NCBI GenBank assembly: GCA_043228905.1
Contig: JBHGNT010000018.1
Location: 7,130,001-7,194,000 of the forward strand
Reading direction: 5' to 3'
DNA: 64,000 nucleotides
DNA from: Azolla caroliniana
Lineage: Eukaryota; Plantae; Polypodiophyta
The position numbers and the translations under genes were made by a program. This document shows positions 52,954 through 64,000 of this stretch, one piece after another. The first letter of the stretch is position 1, and the number at the start of each line of letters is the position of its first letter. Under the pieces are notes generated by a model. That model was not told where the DNA came from. It ran no database searches and was given only the letters and a program-made list of their open reading frames with translations.

Positions 52954-55583
52954 TTACGGTATCCATCCCATCGTGTAAGCTAACCCCACAATTAAGAAGC
53001 AGCAATAGAGCAAGATCAGTCCGAAGCCATAGACCCGACTCAACCTCATGCCTCTAAGAGACATGATTATGAGGCCCCAGATGAGACCCACAGTGAAGAA
53101 ACCGATCATATAGAACACGTCATCATCGTTACCTGTAACTAGAAATGGATCTGGACTGGATCTCCATGAAACCACAACTAGAGAGAGACCCAAGCCTACA
53201 ACAATGTTGAAAAGTGGCCCCGCATAGCAACCTGCGATGGCGATTTGCACACCATTCCTACCATTACAAGCTAGTACAAGATTGGCCACAAAGTCGCCAA
53301 TTGAGTTTCCCCATGCCAGCACCGTGAGACCCAGAATGGATGAATCGATGTTAAACACAACTCCCAGGCTTTCCAAGGTCGCCACAAGCTCATTCGCCAC
53401 AAGGTAGAACCATATGATACTCACAAAGAAGCTCCCAGCTAACCACACCCCGACGAATCTCTGGGGTGGTCGAGCATTCTCCGTGCTGAAGAATGAAAGC
53501 AGCCCTAATGCCAATCCCAGTGCTACACTGATACCTAAAGCAACCCACGCAGAAGTCGTTAATGGTAGGCCATTGCTGAAGGTCCACACTGCGGCGATGA
53601 AGACTGGGGCCAGAGAGCAGCTGGCAATAGCTAACGGCCGAGACCAACGATCTTCTTCTATCATTGGGATGGTAAGTTGCCTGGGTATGGCGCAAGGCCA
53701 TTCGATGCAATACTTATAGAACAGGTGAAGGCAGAGCTTGATGTTCACCTTGGCACATGTCCAGGGAATGCATCGTCCAATCTCGGCCTCCACCTCGGCC
53801 TCTACCTCATTACTGTGCAAGTGAAGGTGTGGATGGCCAGGATGAGGAGGAGGAGGAGGAGGAGAAGGAGGAGATATATTGAGCAAACCTGTCTCTGTCT
53901 CTGTCTCTGGTGGTGCCAATGCCTCCTCATCTGTGTCTGCATGTTTAATGAGCAAACAACATTATAGACAGTAAAAACAAAAACTAAAGGCAACACATTA
54001 CATCCGATCTTTGAAGTGTCGAACATCTCCTGTGCATTTTAGGATTTATAAATTACTACTCAGGTATCAAAATCTGTAAAGATTTCATGTTAGTATGTAA
54101 ATCAGCGAATGGATAAGCGAATCAGAAAAACTGATTCAAGGTTTTGCAATTTGATTAAATTGCAAGTTCAACCCACATAACTGAATGTAGAAAATTTGCA
54201 TATTAGGGTGAGGGTCTCATAGTGAATGAGATATCAGGGTTTTATAATGAATCAACGAACAAAAATCAAATAGGTATATACATTTTTTAGGGAATAGGGT
54301 TAAAAAGAATTACCTTTGATCAGAAAAGGCTGCAACAAGGATGATGGTGAATCTCTTCGCTTCTGATGCTCGAGATATTCAGTGAAACACACGGCCATGA
54401 TATACAGCGGATACACACTGAGAAACAGGATGGCCTCCCAGAACTGCACCTTTCCATCCACCAGGATGACTGCGAGGATAGCTACAGAGACGATCAAGAA
54501 CACCGAATCCCGAATAAAACAATAGGGGTCTATCTGCACATCATCTTCATCGTCTGGCTCCCTGATGCATTGATGCCCATTAAGCCTAGGCACTACTACA
54601 CCATCAACAATACCATCAGCATTTGGCGTGCCATCAATTGCCATGCCATCCTTGACCAGTCTTGTCCGTGCAGCATGAGGAGGAACTGTAGCACCAACAA
54701 TGATGGCATTATTAGCCTGAGCCTGAGCCATAGCCATAGCCATAGCCATAGCCCTATCCCTAGCCCTGTTCCTCCCTCGAATTCTAAACTTAGCGGTGAC
54801 TATGGCGACTGCGCCAGAGACTGCGGTGGTGATGAAGAGCGCGCCTCCGAGAACTGATCCGAAACCGATGCTATCAGCCGAATCGGTGGAGACAAAGGCC
54901 ACGAATGATGAGAAGACATCAGGTGCCCCATTCCCGATCGCCAATAGTGTAACTCCGGCCACAGGCGGGGATAGGTTGAGGGTTTCGGAGAGACGCTCTA
55001 ATATGCATGTGAAGTAGTCTGATGCAGTTGTCCCTAGAAGGTAGAAGAGCACCAGAAGCCACACAATGAGCCCAACCACACGTGCACCCTCATTCTCCAG
55101 AAGTAGCACCTTGCTTCTCACCGATGAGGAAACCCTAGCTTTCCCTTTGCTCCAATTAATAGGTGCCCTTGTCTTGTTCCTCCAATTGGGAACACTAATT
55201 GTGTTTCCCTCCTCGGAAACCCTAATTGTTTTGCTGCAGCCATCAGAAGCCCTAAATTTTCCGTGGGGCGGTATTGCCTTTGCAGTGGTATAATTAAGAG
55301 ATTGGCATTTAAGATTACGGCTAGGGTTACGGTTGGGGTTAGGGTTAGGGTTAGGGTTAGGATTAGCATTAGGATTAGGATTAGGATTAGGATTAGGATT
55401 AGGATTAGGATTAGGATTAGAATTAGGATTAGACAGGTACACAAGATTAGGGTTCGGGTTATGAGTAAGGTTACGGGGCGTTCTGATCTGAGAAGAATGC
55501 CATAGCTGCTGTTGGCTGCAAGAACACGGGAGTGATGCAACAAGGAGGAGCAAGAAGAAGGGAATAGACGTCAGTCCTTTCAT
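52954..55583 (-). CDS. CCX: Cation/calcium exchanger (CCX family). Exons 55583-54314 and 53936-52954
   Basis: Signal peptide MKGLTSIPFFLLLLVASLPCSC; alpha-1 repeat GVTLLAIGNGAPDVFSS; alpha-2 repeat GLTVLAWGNSIGDFVAN; multiple TM helices; phase-1 GT-AG intron. An in-frame ATG at 55832 would add only microsatellite-coded sequence. Confidence 0.93.
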
Positions 55584-55944
55584 GAAAACAGAAGAAGAAG
55601 AAGAAGAAGAAGAAGAAGAAGAAGAAGAGGAAGAGGAGGAGGAAGAAGAAGAACTTTCTTCTTCTTCTTCTTCATCTTCATCTTCATGTTCTTCTTCTTC
55701 TTCTTCTTCTTCTTCTTCTTCTTCTTCCACTTCCTCCTCCACCTCTAGCCATGTCTCTTTTTCTGATACATCATCATCATCATCATCATCATCATGCAGC
55801 AGCCCTTTTGTTGGCGGGGCCTGCAGCAGCATCCATGAATTCCTGTTTTTTTAGACTCCCATTCGATCTGCAGTGAAACAAACCTAACTGAACTCATTCA
55901 TTACTCAACACACCCACCAAATCCCCTGCTCCTTCCTCTCCACA

Positions 55945-56200
55945 TTCACATACATACATACATACATACATACATACATACATACATACATAGTATGTAT
56001 ACATTCATTCATTCATACATACATACATAGTATGTATACATACATACATACATACATACATACATACATACATACATAGTATGTATACATTCATTCATTC
56101 ATACATACATAGTATGTATACATACATACATACATACATACATACATACATACATACATAGTATGTAATATGTATGTATGCGTTCATACATACATCATTA
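55945..56200. repeat. (TACA)n microsatellite with repeating TAGTATGTATA interruptions
   Basis: Directly visible higher-order structure. Confidence 0.9.
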
Positions 56201-59200
56201 CATGTGTGTGCCCCGCCCCCTCCCTCCCGGACCTCGCCCTGTTCGTCCCTTCTCGCCCATTGTCTACATGAATGAACGTCCACCCTCAGCCTGCCTCTAG
56301 TTGGTCGGTTGCAACACGCCCATCTCAAGCTCTACTCCCCAACTCCGAGCGGGGGTTTTTTTTCATATGTTACACACACAAATTGAACTTGATCAAACGC
56401 CCGATTTTACTCGCGTTTGTATTTATCGAAAAACCTGTGTTACCTCTATCCTCTCTCACCCACGTCTCAGAAACAACACACCTAGATTCATCGAGTTTTA
56501 CATGCCCAAATCTTGTCTCTTGCTTACTCGAGCATTCGCTATACACGAAAAGGACCGTGTTTGCACCCATAAAACACGATTAGTGTATTTCTTTATCTTT
56601 TCTTCTTGTTTGCCGCACTCTCAAAACGTGGAGAGAATCTTCTCGCATCGCCCAATGTACAATGATTGTTTCTATACCTAATACCTGTAGAACATTAACG
56701 GATGTGTGCAATGGTCACATATCAGTGAGGAATTTTTTTTTGCTTTGTTTTTACCTTGTAGATGTCCATCAAACACTCACAATAGTTGGGTTGCAACTTT
56801 GTTCAATGGAAAGGTTTTCCCCCTTTTTTGGGTGTTGTAACCTCGTACATACACTAACCTCGAGTGTGCTTTACATTTTCCTTTTCTTGGTAAGCTCACA
56901 AAATCCAAACATTTTAGTGCTCGAATCATCACGACACTTTTATCTTTTCCTTTCCTCGAGTTTCGCACACACCTAGTCATTCGTAACTTGTCAGTGGTTT
57001 AAATATGTTGGATTGTGTAACAGTTGCAGCTACCCCCCCACGAATGTGTTTCCTTTTTCATATGCACGCATCGTGCCCATTAGGTGATGATGTTATTTTT
57101 CGTAGTGAAAGTTTGTGCGATCTCTTGCTTTCTTTTTCCAAGGCTTATAAGTCGATGGAATGATGTGAACGTACTGTATCTCTCTTCAACGCTAGCATGT
57201 AACGATTTCTATGATTATTACTTTATTCCTTGTTGATCATCCTCAAGGGAGTTGTGGCCCATGTAGTTGTTCCTTTATTAATATATAGGAAAATAGGAAG
57301 TATGGCGCTTGTTTCTAGTTGAGGTAATATTGGACACGCCTCCTACCCTTTGGTCTTTAACTAAACAAAGCACCTTTCACACTTCATCAAAAAGTAGATA
57401 TAGCCCACATGCTTGAAATCCATGTAGTTATGTAATGCTTTGAGAAATCATTCTCGTACAATGAGAGATGTAGTTCTTGGAGTTGCTAGTTTGTTTATGT
57501 GTTTAATGGAGAATTAATTAATAACGGTAGTGATAATTTGAATATTGTGTAATCACATGATGGAAGGTATAGGATTAATAATGTGATTAACACATTGGTT
57601 ATGGCTGTAAGAGTAACTGACAATTTAATCAAAGTCACTTATGTTGTCATTAGTGTTAATGATAATAACACTAAATATCGTACCAATCACAATCATAATA
57701 TTCACAATTAACACAATTTGCAATGCTGGCTATTGTGAGCTAACCACAACATCAGTTATTATAATTGACATGGATCATAATGTTAATTAGAATTGTGATT
57801 GTGGAACCATGGTTTTGCATCAATATTAAACTACAACCGCAAAGCATGTCATATATACTTGCGCTATCATAGAAGTTTCGAAAATACCAAAAGGTTGTGA
57901 ATATTTGCATTCCTGCTCTCATTTATCAATATCGAAATAAAAAATTGGAAAAGAATATGATAAACAAACAAATGTTCAATAAAATTAGGATTTCATACCA
58001 TAATGTTTCAATAACTATTTGCAATATTTTATATACATTATGCTTAAACATATGTTTGTGTGAATAACTTAAGCCAAATAAAGTTGGAGAACATTAAATG
58101 TAATATGAGGCTGCTTAAGATATCAATCGTGCTTAATACCAATGGAGGATATATTTTTTTTAAAAGAAGAAAAAGAAGATATCAATCGTGCCGTGCAAAG
58201 TTGAGAGTACCTTGATGAACATTCCACTTTGTAATGAGACCAATTCAATAGTTGAAGAAGACGTTGATGTTGAAGTTGAAGATAAAGATAATGTGGTGTA
58301 TAATCCCTTACATTTTATTTATTTTTTCGTTTAACTAAGGGAATGAGCTTTTGAGGATGGTCGGGCATGGAAAGTTTCAACAACGTGATATTGGGTTGCT
58401 TAATAAATAATGAGCTTCTTGACATTGAATACTGTATAAAATTCAAGGAGAGAAAGGGAATCATGATAGAAATATTCGAGCTTCCAATTTTTGTCTAGTG
58501 TTTGCTTCACACACACAATCAGGTTACATTTAGGGGTTTCGTCGATGGGCTTTCGTTTTGATGTTTTTGTTTTTGTTAGCAATATATGTTGACATACATA
58601 TTATATCACTTTTCTTGATTCTTCGCATTGCCAGGATATTATTGAATCCTAGGGTGATGTTATTAAGCGCAACCCTACACTACAACCAATTGTCATGAAT
58701 AATTAAATGGCATATGCATCCTATTGACATTTGTAGAAAATACAAGGATTGCTAAGATAGTGACGTCAACAAAGAATACAATATGAAAGAGCAAGATACA
58801 CTGATTATATTAACAACACGATACTCAAGTATGATTACAATGGTTGGGTTTTACAGGAAAAGAGCTATAGCTCATGGGCTCCTCCTAAGTGGGTGTCCTA
58901 GGAGGCTCGATCCCAAGATGGCTCTTTAAGTTACCTTTTATACAATCAACCATATTGAACATACTCCGTATATTGATCGCACATGTTGAGGGGTATTACT
59001 TCTTGTTCACACCAAAAGATCCAACCCGATATAATAAGACACTCTCCAATATTGTATGTCATAATTGAAGTGGGCCAACGAACTTGATATTATAGGCATT
59101 GGTTAAACATATTATAATCATTCCTTGATATTGCACACCATAGCCAAAATGCAGCAAGCCCGATATGATTGCACAATCCTCAAAATATTGCACATCATAG

Positions 59201-59993
59201 TTAAAGTGAGCCAAGAAACACAATGTTACAACTTACAAGTTTTGGTTCCCCATATTTCTAATCACTTCTGAATGTTGCAAGTCATGCCCAGAATGCCCCT
59301 AGCCCAGTATTACAAGTCACTCCCCAATATTATATGTCATTGTTGAAGTAGACCATCCAACCTATATTACAAAAAAATCATGATAAAAGTATCCTATCAA
59401 AAAACAAAAGAATTATAATTTTTGTCATAACAGATAAAGCCACTCAAAAATCTTCCATTTTACATCACAATTGTGATGCTTAAACTATACAGACAATTCC
59501 TTTAACTTGCTTTCTGATTTGTCAACATCAATTTGGAAAAACCAAGTATTGGCCTTGAAATGTTTCTTGCATTAAGTGTAACTTTGCATAGAACGTAATA
59601 TTCGCATTCTTCTGCTCAAACATTCACTTTCATAAGTTTGCCAACTAAAGTGTATTTCTTTTATGTTTTTAAATTTTTTTTCTCACTCTTATACCTTAAA
59701 AAAAGTTTTACCTTATAGTAAATAATGAATAGAAAAGTATGGTATTTACCATACTTCTAGGGTGTTTACCATACTCAAATGATTGAAAACATACTTGAAT
59801 GCGAATGCACGTAGAGTACGTATGGTTCATACTATGAGTGTTGGTATACACATTGCATACTTCGTGTATTTCATGACATAAATATCTTTAATATGTCCTA
59901 TTAATTTGTTGTGGAACCAACATTTAAGCTATAAAAATGATAACTTATCAACATCAATTGTCAATGCATATTTGTCAATACTCTAATACACAT

Positions 59994-61836
59994 TGTCGTG
60001 ATGTGGCGTGCTTGAGGGTGGGAAAAACCGGAGAAAGGGGGGTCAAAATGTGCATGTGCAATGTGTGTGCACACAAAGGCCATTAATTGTGCATATGCAA
60101 AATAAAAAGGAAAAGAAAAGGTGGAAAGGAGCATAGAAGCCCGTGCAAAAAGTAAGAGAGAAGAGAGATAAAATGTAGAGGAGACATAGGCTAAGAATTT
60201 ATAGAGAATTATATATTATAAGAGAGAGTTATTGGGCTAGTGGATAGTCACATTAACTACTAGTTAGAGGTGCACAGTTCAAATCTAGTCTTATAGTGTA
60301 GTGTGATTTAAGGAATTTTATTCCTTTTTCATTGGCGACCCCCCCTTTTTTTTTCCTATAAAAGGAGATTGAGGGGGGCTCATTCGAGAGGACGTTTTGG
60401 GAGGAGGAGACTATCGCCAATTTTCCTTCGAAGCTCTTCATCTTCTTATTCACCACTTCCCTTCATCTCATACCCCTTTATCCCCCCATCGCCACGTGCT
60501 CGTCTTCTTCGCATCGACACTTGAAGTGCTCGTGAGCCCAAGCTTCGTTGGTTCGACATTGCTCCGCCCCGTTCGTCGTTGCGAGCCCGTGCGCTCGTTG
60601 TTCGGGAGGTCATGGTTTGTTGGGATCGGCATTTTGGTGGTGCTCGTGTGTTCATCTTCGTCGTGTTCGGATTTGCTTTTGTCTCTAAGGTCATTTAATA
60701 TTTATGTTTTGATTGAGCTTGTGGTTAACTATAAGTTGCCATTGTAAACAAAACCCTATTTTATAAAGGGTACTCTTGCGTTGGAATCGAACACGTATTT
60801 ATCTCTTTGGTCGATATCATTTGTGTTTCTTTCTCTCATTCTTTCTTTATTCGTGTCTTCCTTGTATGTTTGGCCGTCTTGTGACGAGGGAGCGTTTCGG
60901 GCGTGCCCATGCACCTCTCCTCCTCATAAAGACGTACAAGCATTTGTGCGTGTGTTTGTGTCTTCCGTGTACGTTCAACCGTCTTGTGATGAGGGGACCG
61001 TTCGGGCTTGCCCATGCACCTCTCCTCCTCATAAAGGCGTACGAGCACTTGTGCGTGTGTTTGTGTCTTCCGTGTACGTTCGATCGTCTTGTGATGAGGG
61101 GACCGTTCGGGCTTGCCCATGCACCTCTCCTCCTCATAAAGGCGTACGAGCATTTGTGCGTGTGTTTGTGTCTTTCTTGTACGTTCGGCTGTCTTGTGAC
61201 GAGGGAACCGTTCGGGCTTGCCCATGCACCTCTCCTTCTCATAAAGGCGTATGAGCATTTGTGTGTGTGTTTGTGTCTTCCTTGTACGTTCGGCTGTCTT
61301 GTGACGAGGGAGTGTTTCGGGCGTGCCCATGCACCTCTCCTCATAAAGACGTACGAGCATTTGTGTGTGTGTGTGTGTGTCTTCCTTGTACGTTCGGCCG
61401 TCTTGTGACGAGGGAGCGTTTCGGGCGTGCCCATGCACCTCTCCTCCTCATAAAGGCGTACGAGCATTTTGTGCGTGTGTTTGTGTCTTCCTTGTACGTT
61501 CGGTTGTCTCGTGACGAGGGAGCGTTCGGGCTTGCCCATGTACCTCTCTTCCTCATAAAGACGTACATACATTCGTGTTTGTGTTATCGTCCCCTTGTGC
61601 GTTCATGTTGCGTGCTCATCTTGCTTGTACCGGTTTGGTCACTTGGCTCGTGTGGTGATCTCGAAAGGTCGACGAGTTGTGATCAATGAGAGCCACCGGC
61701 CTCACAAAACAAAGGGCAACGAGACCTTGCTCGGGAAGGGGTCGGGAAGTAGTATTGTTGTAAAGCAAACCTCGGGTCTTCTCTATTCCTTGAGTACTCC
61801 CTAGTCCAAGACCCCCATGGTCTCGCCCAAGTAACA
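59994..61836 (+). mobile_element. LTR (solo or 5') containing a 105-bp tandem array
   Basis: TGTCGTG...GTAACA termini; flanks CACAT and CACGT; TATAAAAGG at ~60357; 3' CCTAGTCCAA.ACC motif shared with the adjacent LTR. Confidence 0.7.
60853..61580. repeat. Tandem array of ~7 x 105 bp
   Basis: GCCCATG(C/T)ACC recurs at 60905, 61010, 61115, 61220, 61325, 61429 and ~61534. Confidence 0.95.
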
Positions 61837-61841
61837 CACGT

Positions 61842-62671
61842 TGTCGTAGTGTATTTCGTACACTACGTGAAAAAGTAAAAATAATATAACCGATTTAATT
61901 ACATATAAATAAATAAAATAAGAATATTAAGATATTTATCACCAATAAATAAAATAAGAATATCAAGATATTTATCACATGCATAGGGCAAGATTCGAAC
62001 CTTGTACCTCCACGTAGCCAAACCTCAACTTTACCATTATGCTACCTTATCTTTAGTGTTCTATAAAGAAATAGATTTAATAAGTATAAGTGCTTTATTT
62101 GCGCCTACCTTTATTAAAAAGGTAAATCATGCATTTTTAGAGTGCGTGAATATTTTATAGAAAAACGCAAGCAACTAAAAAGTGACTCATGCACATCTAG
62201 CGTGCATGAGCACTATATTTAGCAAATAAAAGCAAGGATTAGAAAAGCATCACATGCACATTTAGTGTGCATGAACGTATTAGAAAAAAAGCATGTAGCT
62301 ATGCTTAGTCTCTCCCATCACTACATAAGGATGGGGAGCACAATGTAATAGGTGTGTGAAATATTTGGAAATTGGATATATTTCCGAAAACACCAACCGA
62401 TTAATATAATCGTGGGATTCACGAAAATAATATAATCTATACTTGTGGGATTCACAAGTTTCTTATATCTTTCTTTCAATCTAAATACATATTCTTATCT
62501 AAATATTGATTAATCGAATACAATACACTCGTGGGATTCACGAAATTTCTATCTCTCTTTCTAATAATCTATTCATTACTAGCCTCATCTCATATTCTTC
62601 TTTCTCCTAGTCCAAAACCTCGGCGGTTCCCACCCGACTCACGCAACGATCCGGAGCCGAAAGGCACGACA
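61842..62671 (+). repeat. LTR immediately upstream of the PBS and gag
   Basis: TGTCGT...ACGACA termini; homologous to the solo LTR at 3018-4572. Confidence 0.88.
61978..62051 (-). ncRNA. tRNA-derived Pol III module (SINE-head-like) inside the LTR
   Basis: Minus strand: A box TAGCATAATGG, B box GGTTCGAATC within a CAAG/CTTG stem, T-runs downstream. Homolog at 3354-3425. Not a full cloverleaf. Confidence 0.6.
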
Positions 62672-62675
62672 CAGT

Positions 62676-62693
62676 TGGTGAACCCGACGTGAA
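62676..62693 (+). promoter_or_regulatory. Primer-binding site complementary to tRNA-Trp
   Basis: TGGTGAACCCGACGTGAA is the reverse complement of the plant cytosolic tRNA-Trp 3' end ...TTCACGTCGGGTTCACCA (recalled from memory). Confidence 0.85.
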
Positions 62694-62709
62694 GGCGGGT
62701 GGCAGGGAG

Positions 62710-64000
62710 ATGGAGAATCAACAAGAGGCAATGAGCATAATGATGATGATGATGTTCGAGCGGATGCTACAAGAACAACGAGTGATGTCGGAGATCACGG
62801 GGGCAGTAAAGCGGCTCGTACAACGAAACAGACAATTCAACGGAAACGATGTGTCACGCTATCTATGTGACTACAAGGCGGAGATGATACGATGTGGGAT
62901 ACCGGAAGGATTGCAAGTGACATCCTTCAATCGGGTGGCCACGGATGAGCTACAAGAGAGAATCCACAAGATACGGCAACAAAACTCGACATGGGGGTCA
63001 TTCGAAGAAGCTTTACGAGAGGCATATGATTACAAGAGATCAAAGGGACAAGATCGGCGAAAATTCGACGAATGGGTGGCATCGGAGAAGACCCACCGAA
63101 GTGCAACACAAGCATTCCTAGAGTTCGAGCATCGTCTTGCTCAACTCTCGGAGCGGGAACAACGGTTGGTGGGGGAGGATAAAGTCCTAATGTTCGTAAA
63201 ATCGATCGATCGAAAAGAAAGGATGGACATCGGGATCGAACTCGAAGACGATGACGGTACGAATGGTCTTACCGAAAATTGGGCCGAAGTCCAAAGGGTA
63301 TGCCGGAGACATGATGAGAGGAAGATGAGAATCTTGTCAACGACATGGCTGATGAAGGATGGTCGATTGAAGACAAACGATGGAGCCGATATGAAGGCCG
63401 AAATACAACATGATGGTGCGATGAAAGAGGGTGTAAAACAAGCTACCCTCTTGTCTTGCGAAAGAACAACGACGAAGGATAAGGCCGATAACCCAAGTGT
63501 AGAAGAAGATTTCAGAATACAAGTGATTGAAACATCGGGTGAAAAAGGGGTAAGCATAATTGATGCAGTGAAAGAGAGCAAGGAGGACTTGATTGAGGAG
63601 GTCGCCACGAAAGATGACATCGAATCGAAGGTGGCTATGGACGAATCAACGAAGGATGGCCATATCGAGACTTCCCCACCACTAATTCTAGAGACTCCGG
63701 CGGTTGCGTTCGAAAGGCAACGTGAGACCGAAGAGACGGAAGGTGGCGGAGAGAAAACAAAGGTCGAAGTCGATGCATACGACGGAGAGATAGCCGAGAA
63801 TATGGCTATGGGTGAAACAACGGAGGATGATAATACCGAGGATTCCTACCCACTAATTCTAGAGACTTCGGCAGTTGTGTCCGAGAACCAACGTGAGACC
63901 GGAGAGACGGGAGGTGGCAGCAAGAAAGGTAAAGTCGGAAGCCGGTTTGGATGGAAGGTGATCCGGACGGGATTCCGATCCGAAAGAAAGCCGAACCGGG
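62710..64000 (+). CDS. Retrotransposon gag (probably gypsy), apparently open to the window edge
   Basis: ATG 17 nt after the PBS; MENQQEAM...RQFNGNDVSRYL.DY..EM...STWGSFEEALREAY. Absent from the ORF track because it has no stop. Acidic C-terminal part has a 171-bp duplication. Confidence 0.82.
   Translation, partial: MENQQEAMSIMMMMMFERMLQEQRVMSEITGAVKRLVQRNRQFNGNDVSRYLCDYKAEMIRCGIPEGLQVTSFNRVATDELQERIHKIRQQNSTWGSFEEALREAYDYKRSKGQDRRKFDEWVASEKTHRSATQAFLEFEHRLAQLSEREQRLVGEDKVLMFVKSIDRKERMDIGIELEDDDGTNGLTENWAEVQRVCRRHDERKMRILSTTWLMKDGRLKTNDGADMKAEIQHDGAMKEGVKQATLLSCERTTTKDKADNPSVEEDFRIQVIETSGEKGVSIIDAVKESKEDLIEEVATKDDIESKVAMDESTKDGHIETSPPLILETPAVAFERQRETEETEGGGEKTKVEVDAYDGEIAENMAMGETTEDDNTEDSYPLILETSAVVSENQRETGETGGGSKKGKVGSRFGWKVIRTGFRSERKPNR

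Noticed and set aside
55310-55440. True or interstitial telomere
   Set aside because: Short, mixed TTAGGG/TTAGGA tract lying in frame within an exon.
13727-55583. PLC, SHMT, Aux/IAA and CCX as a functional gene cluster (Ca2+/auxin signalling)
   Set aside because: No shared regulatory evidence in the sequence; adjacency alone is weak in plant genomes and would need synteny and co-expression data.
55584-55832. Poly-D/E/S N-terminal extension of CCX
   Set aside because: Trinucleotide repeats; the ATG at 55583 gives a clean signal peptide. Not fully excluded.
60853-61580. CRISPR-like array or repeat-protein gene
   Set aside because: Units are contiguous with no unique spacers and no cas genes; ORFs in many frames result from the 105-bp period.

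Overview
Eukaryotic land-plant nuclear DNA: GT-AG introns, abundant microsatellites and LTR/LINE debris. The style suggests a fern or other non-seed plant, but that is inference. Four spliced genes reconstruct cleanly by hand: a divergent phosphoinositide phospholipase C (+, 13727-21780, 9 exons), a mitochondrial-type serine hydroxymethyltransferase (+, 30720-36343, 15 exons), an Aux/IAA repressor (+, 48791-51111, 5 exons) and a CCX cation/calcium exchanger (-, 52954-55583, 2 exons). There is also a possible small orphan gene (-, 37057-37558). Bases 1-10300 hold a four-level LTR nest: a copia host, a gypsy element inside it, a solo LTR inside that, and a second solo LTR inside the first. The right end holds two back-to-back LTRs, a perfect tRNA-Trp primer-binding site and an open gag. 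Most notable: (i) an LTR family carrying an antisense tRNA-like Pol III A/B-box module and apparently inserting next to CAC(G/A)T; (ii) TTAGGG-like hexamer tracts inside coding sequence, building a poly-EAR (LxLxL) tract in Aux/IAA and an NP tract in CCX; (iii) altered inositol-phosphate-binding residues in the PLC; (iv) a LINE 3' tail repeatedly fused to (TC)n. All coordinates were read by eye; no database searches were run.
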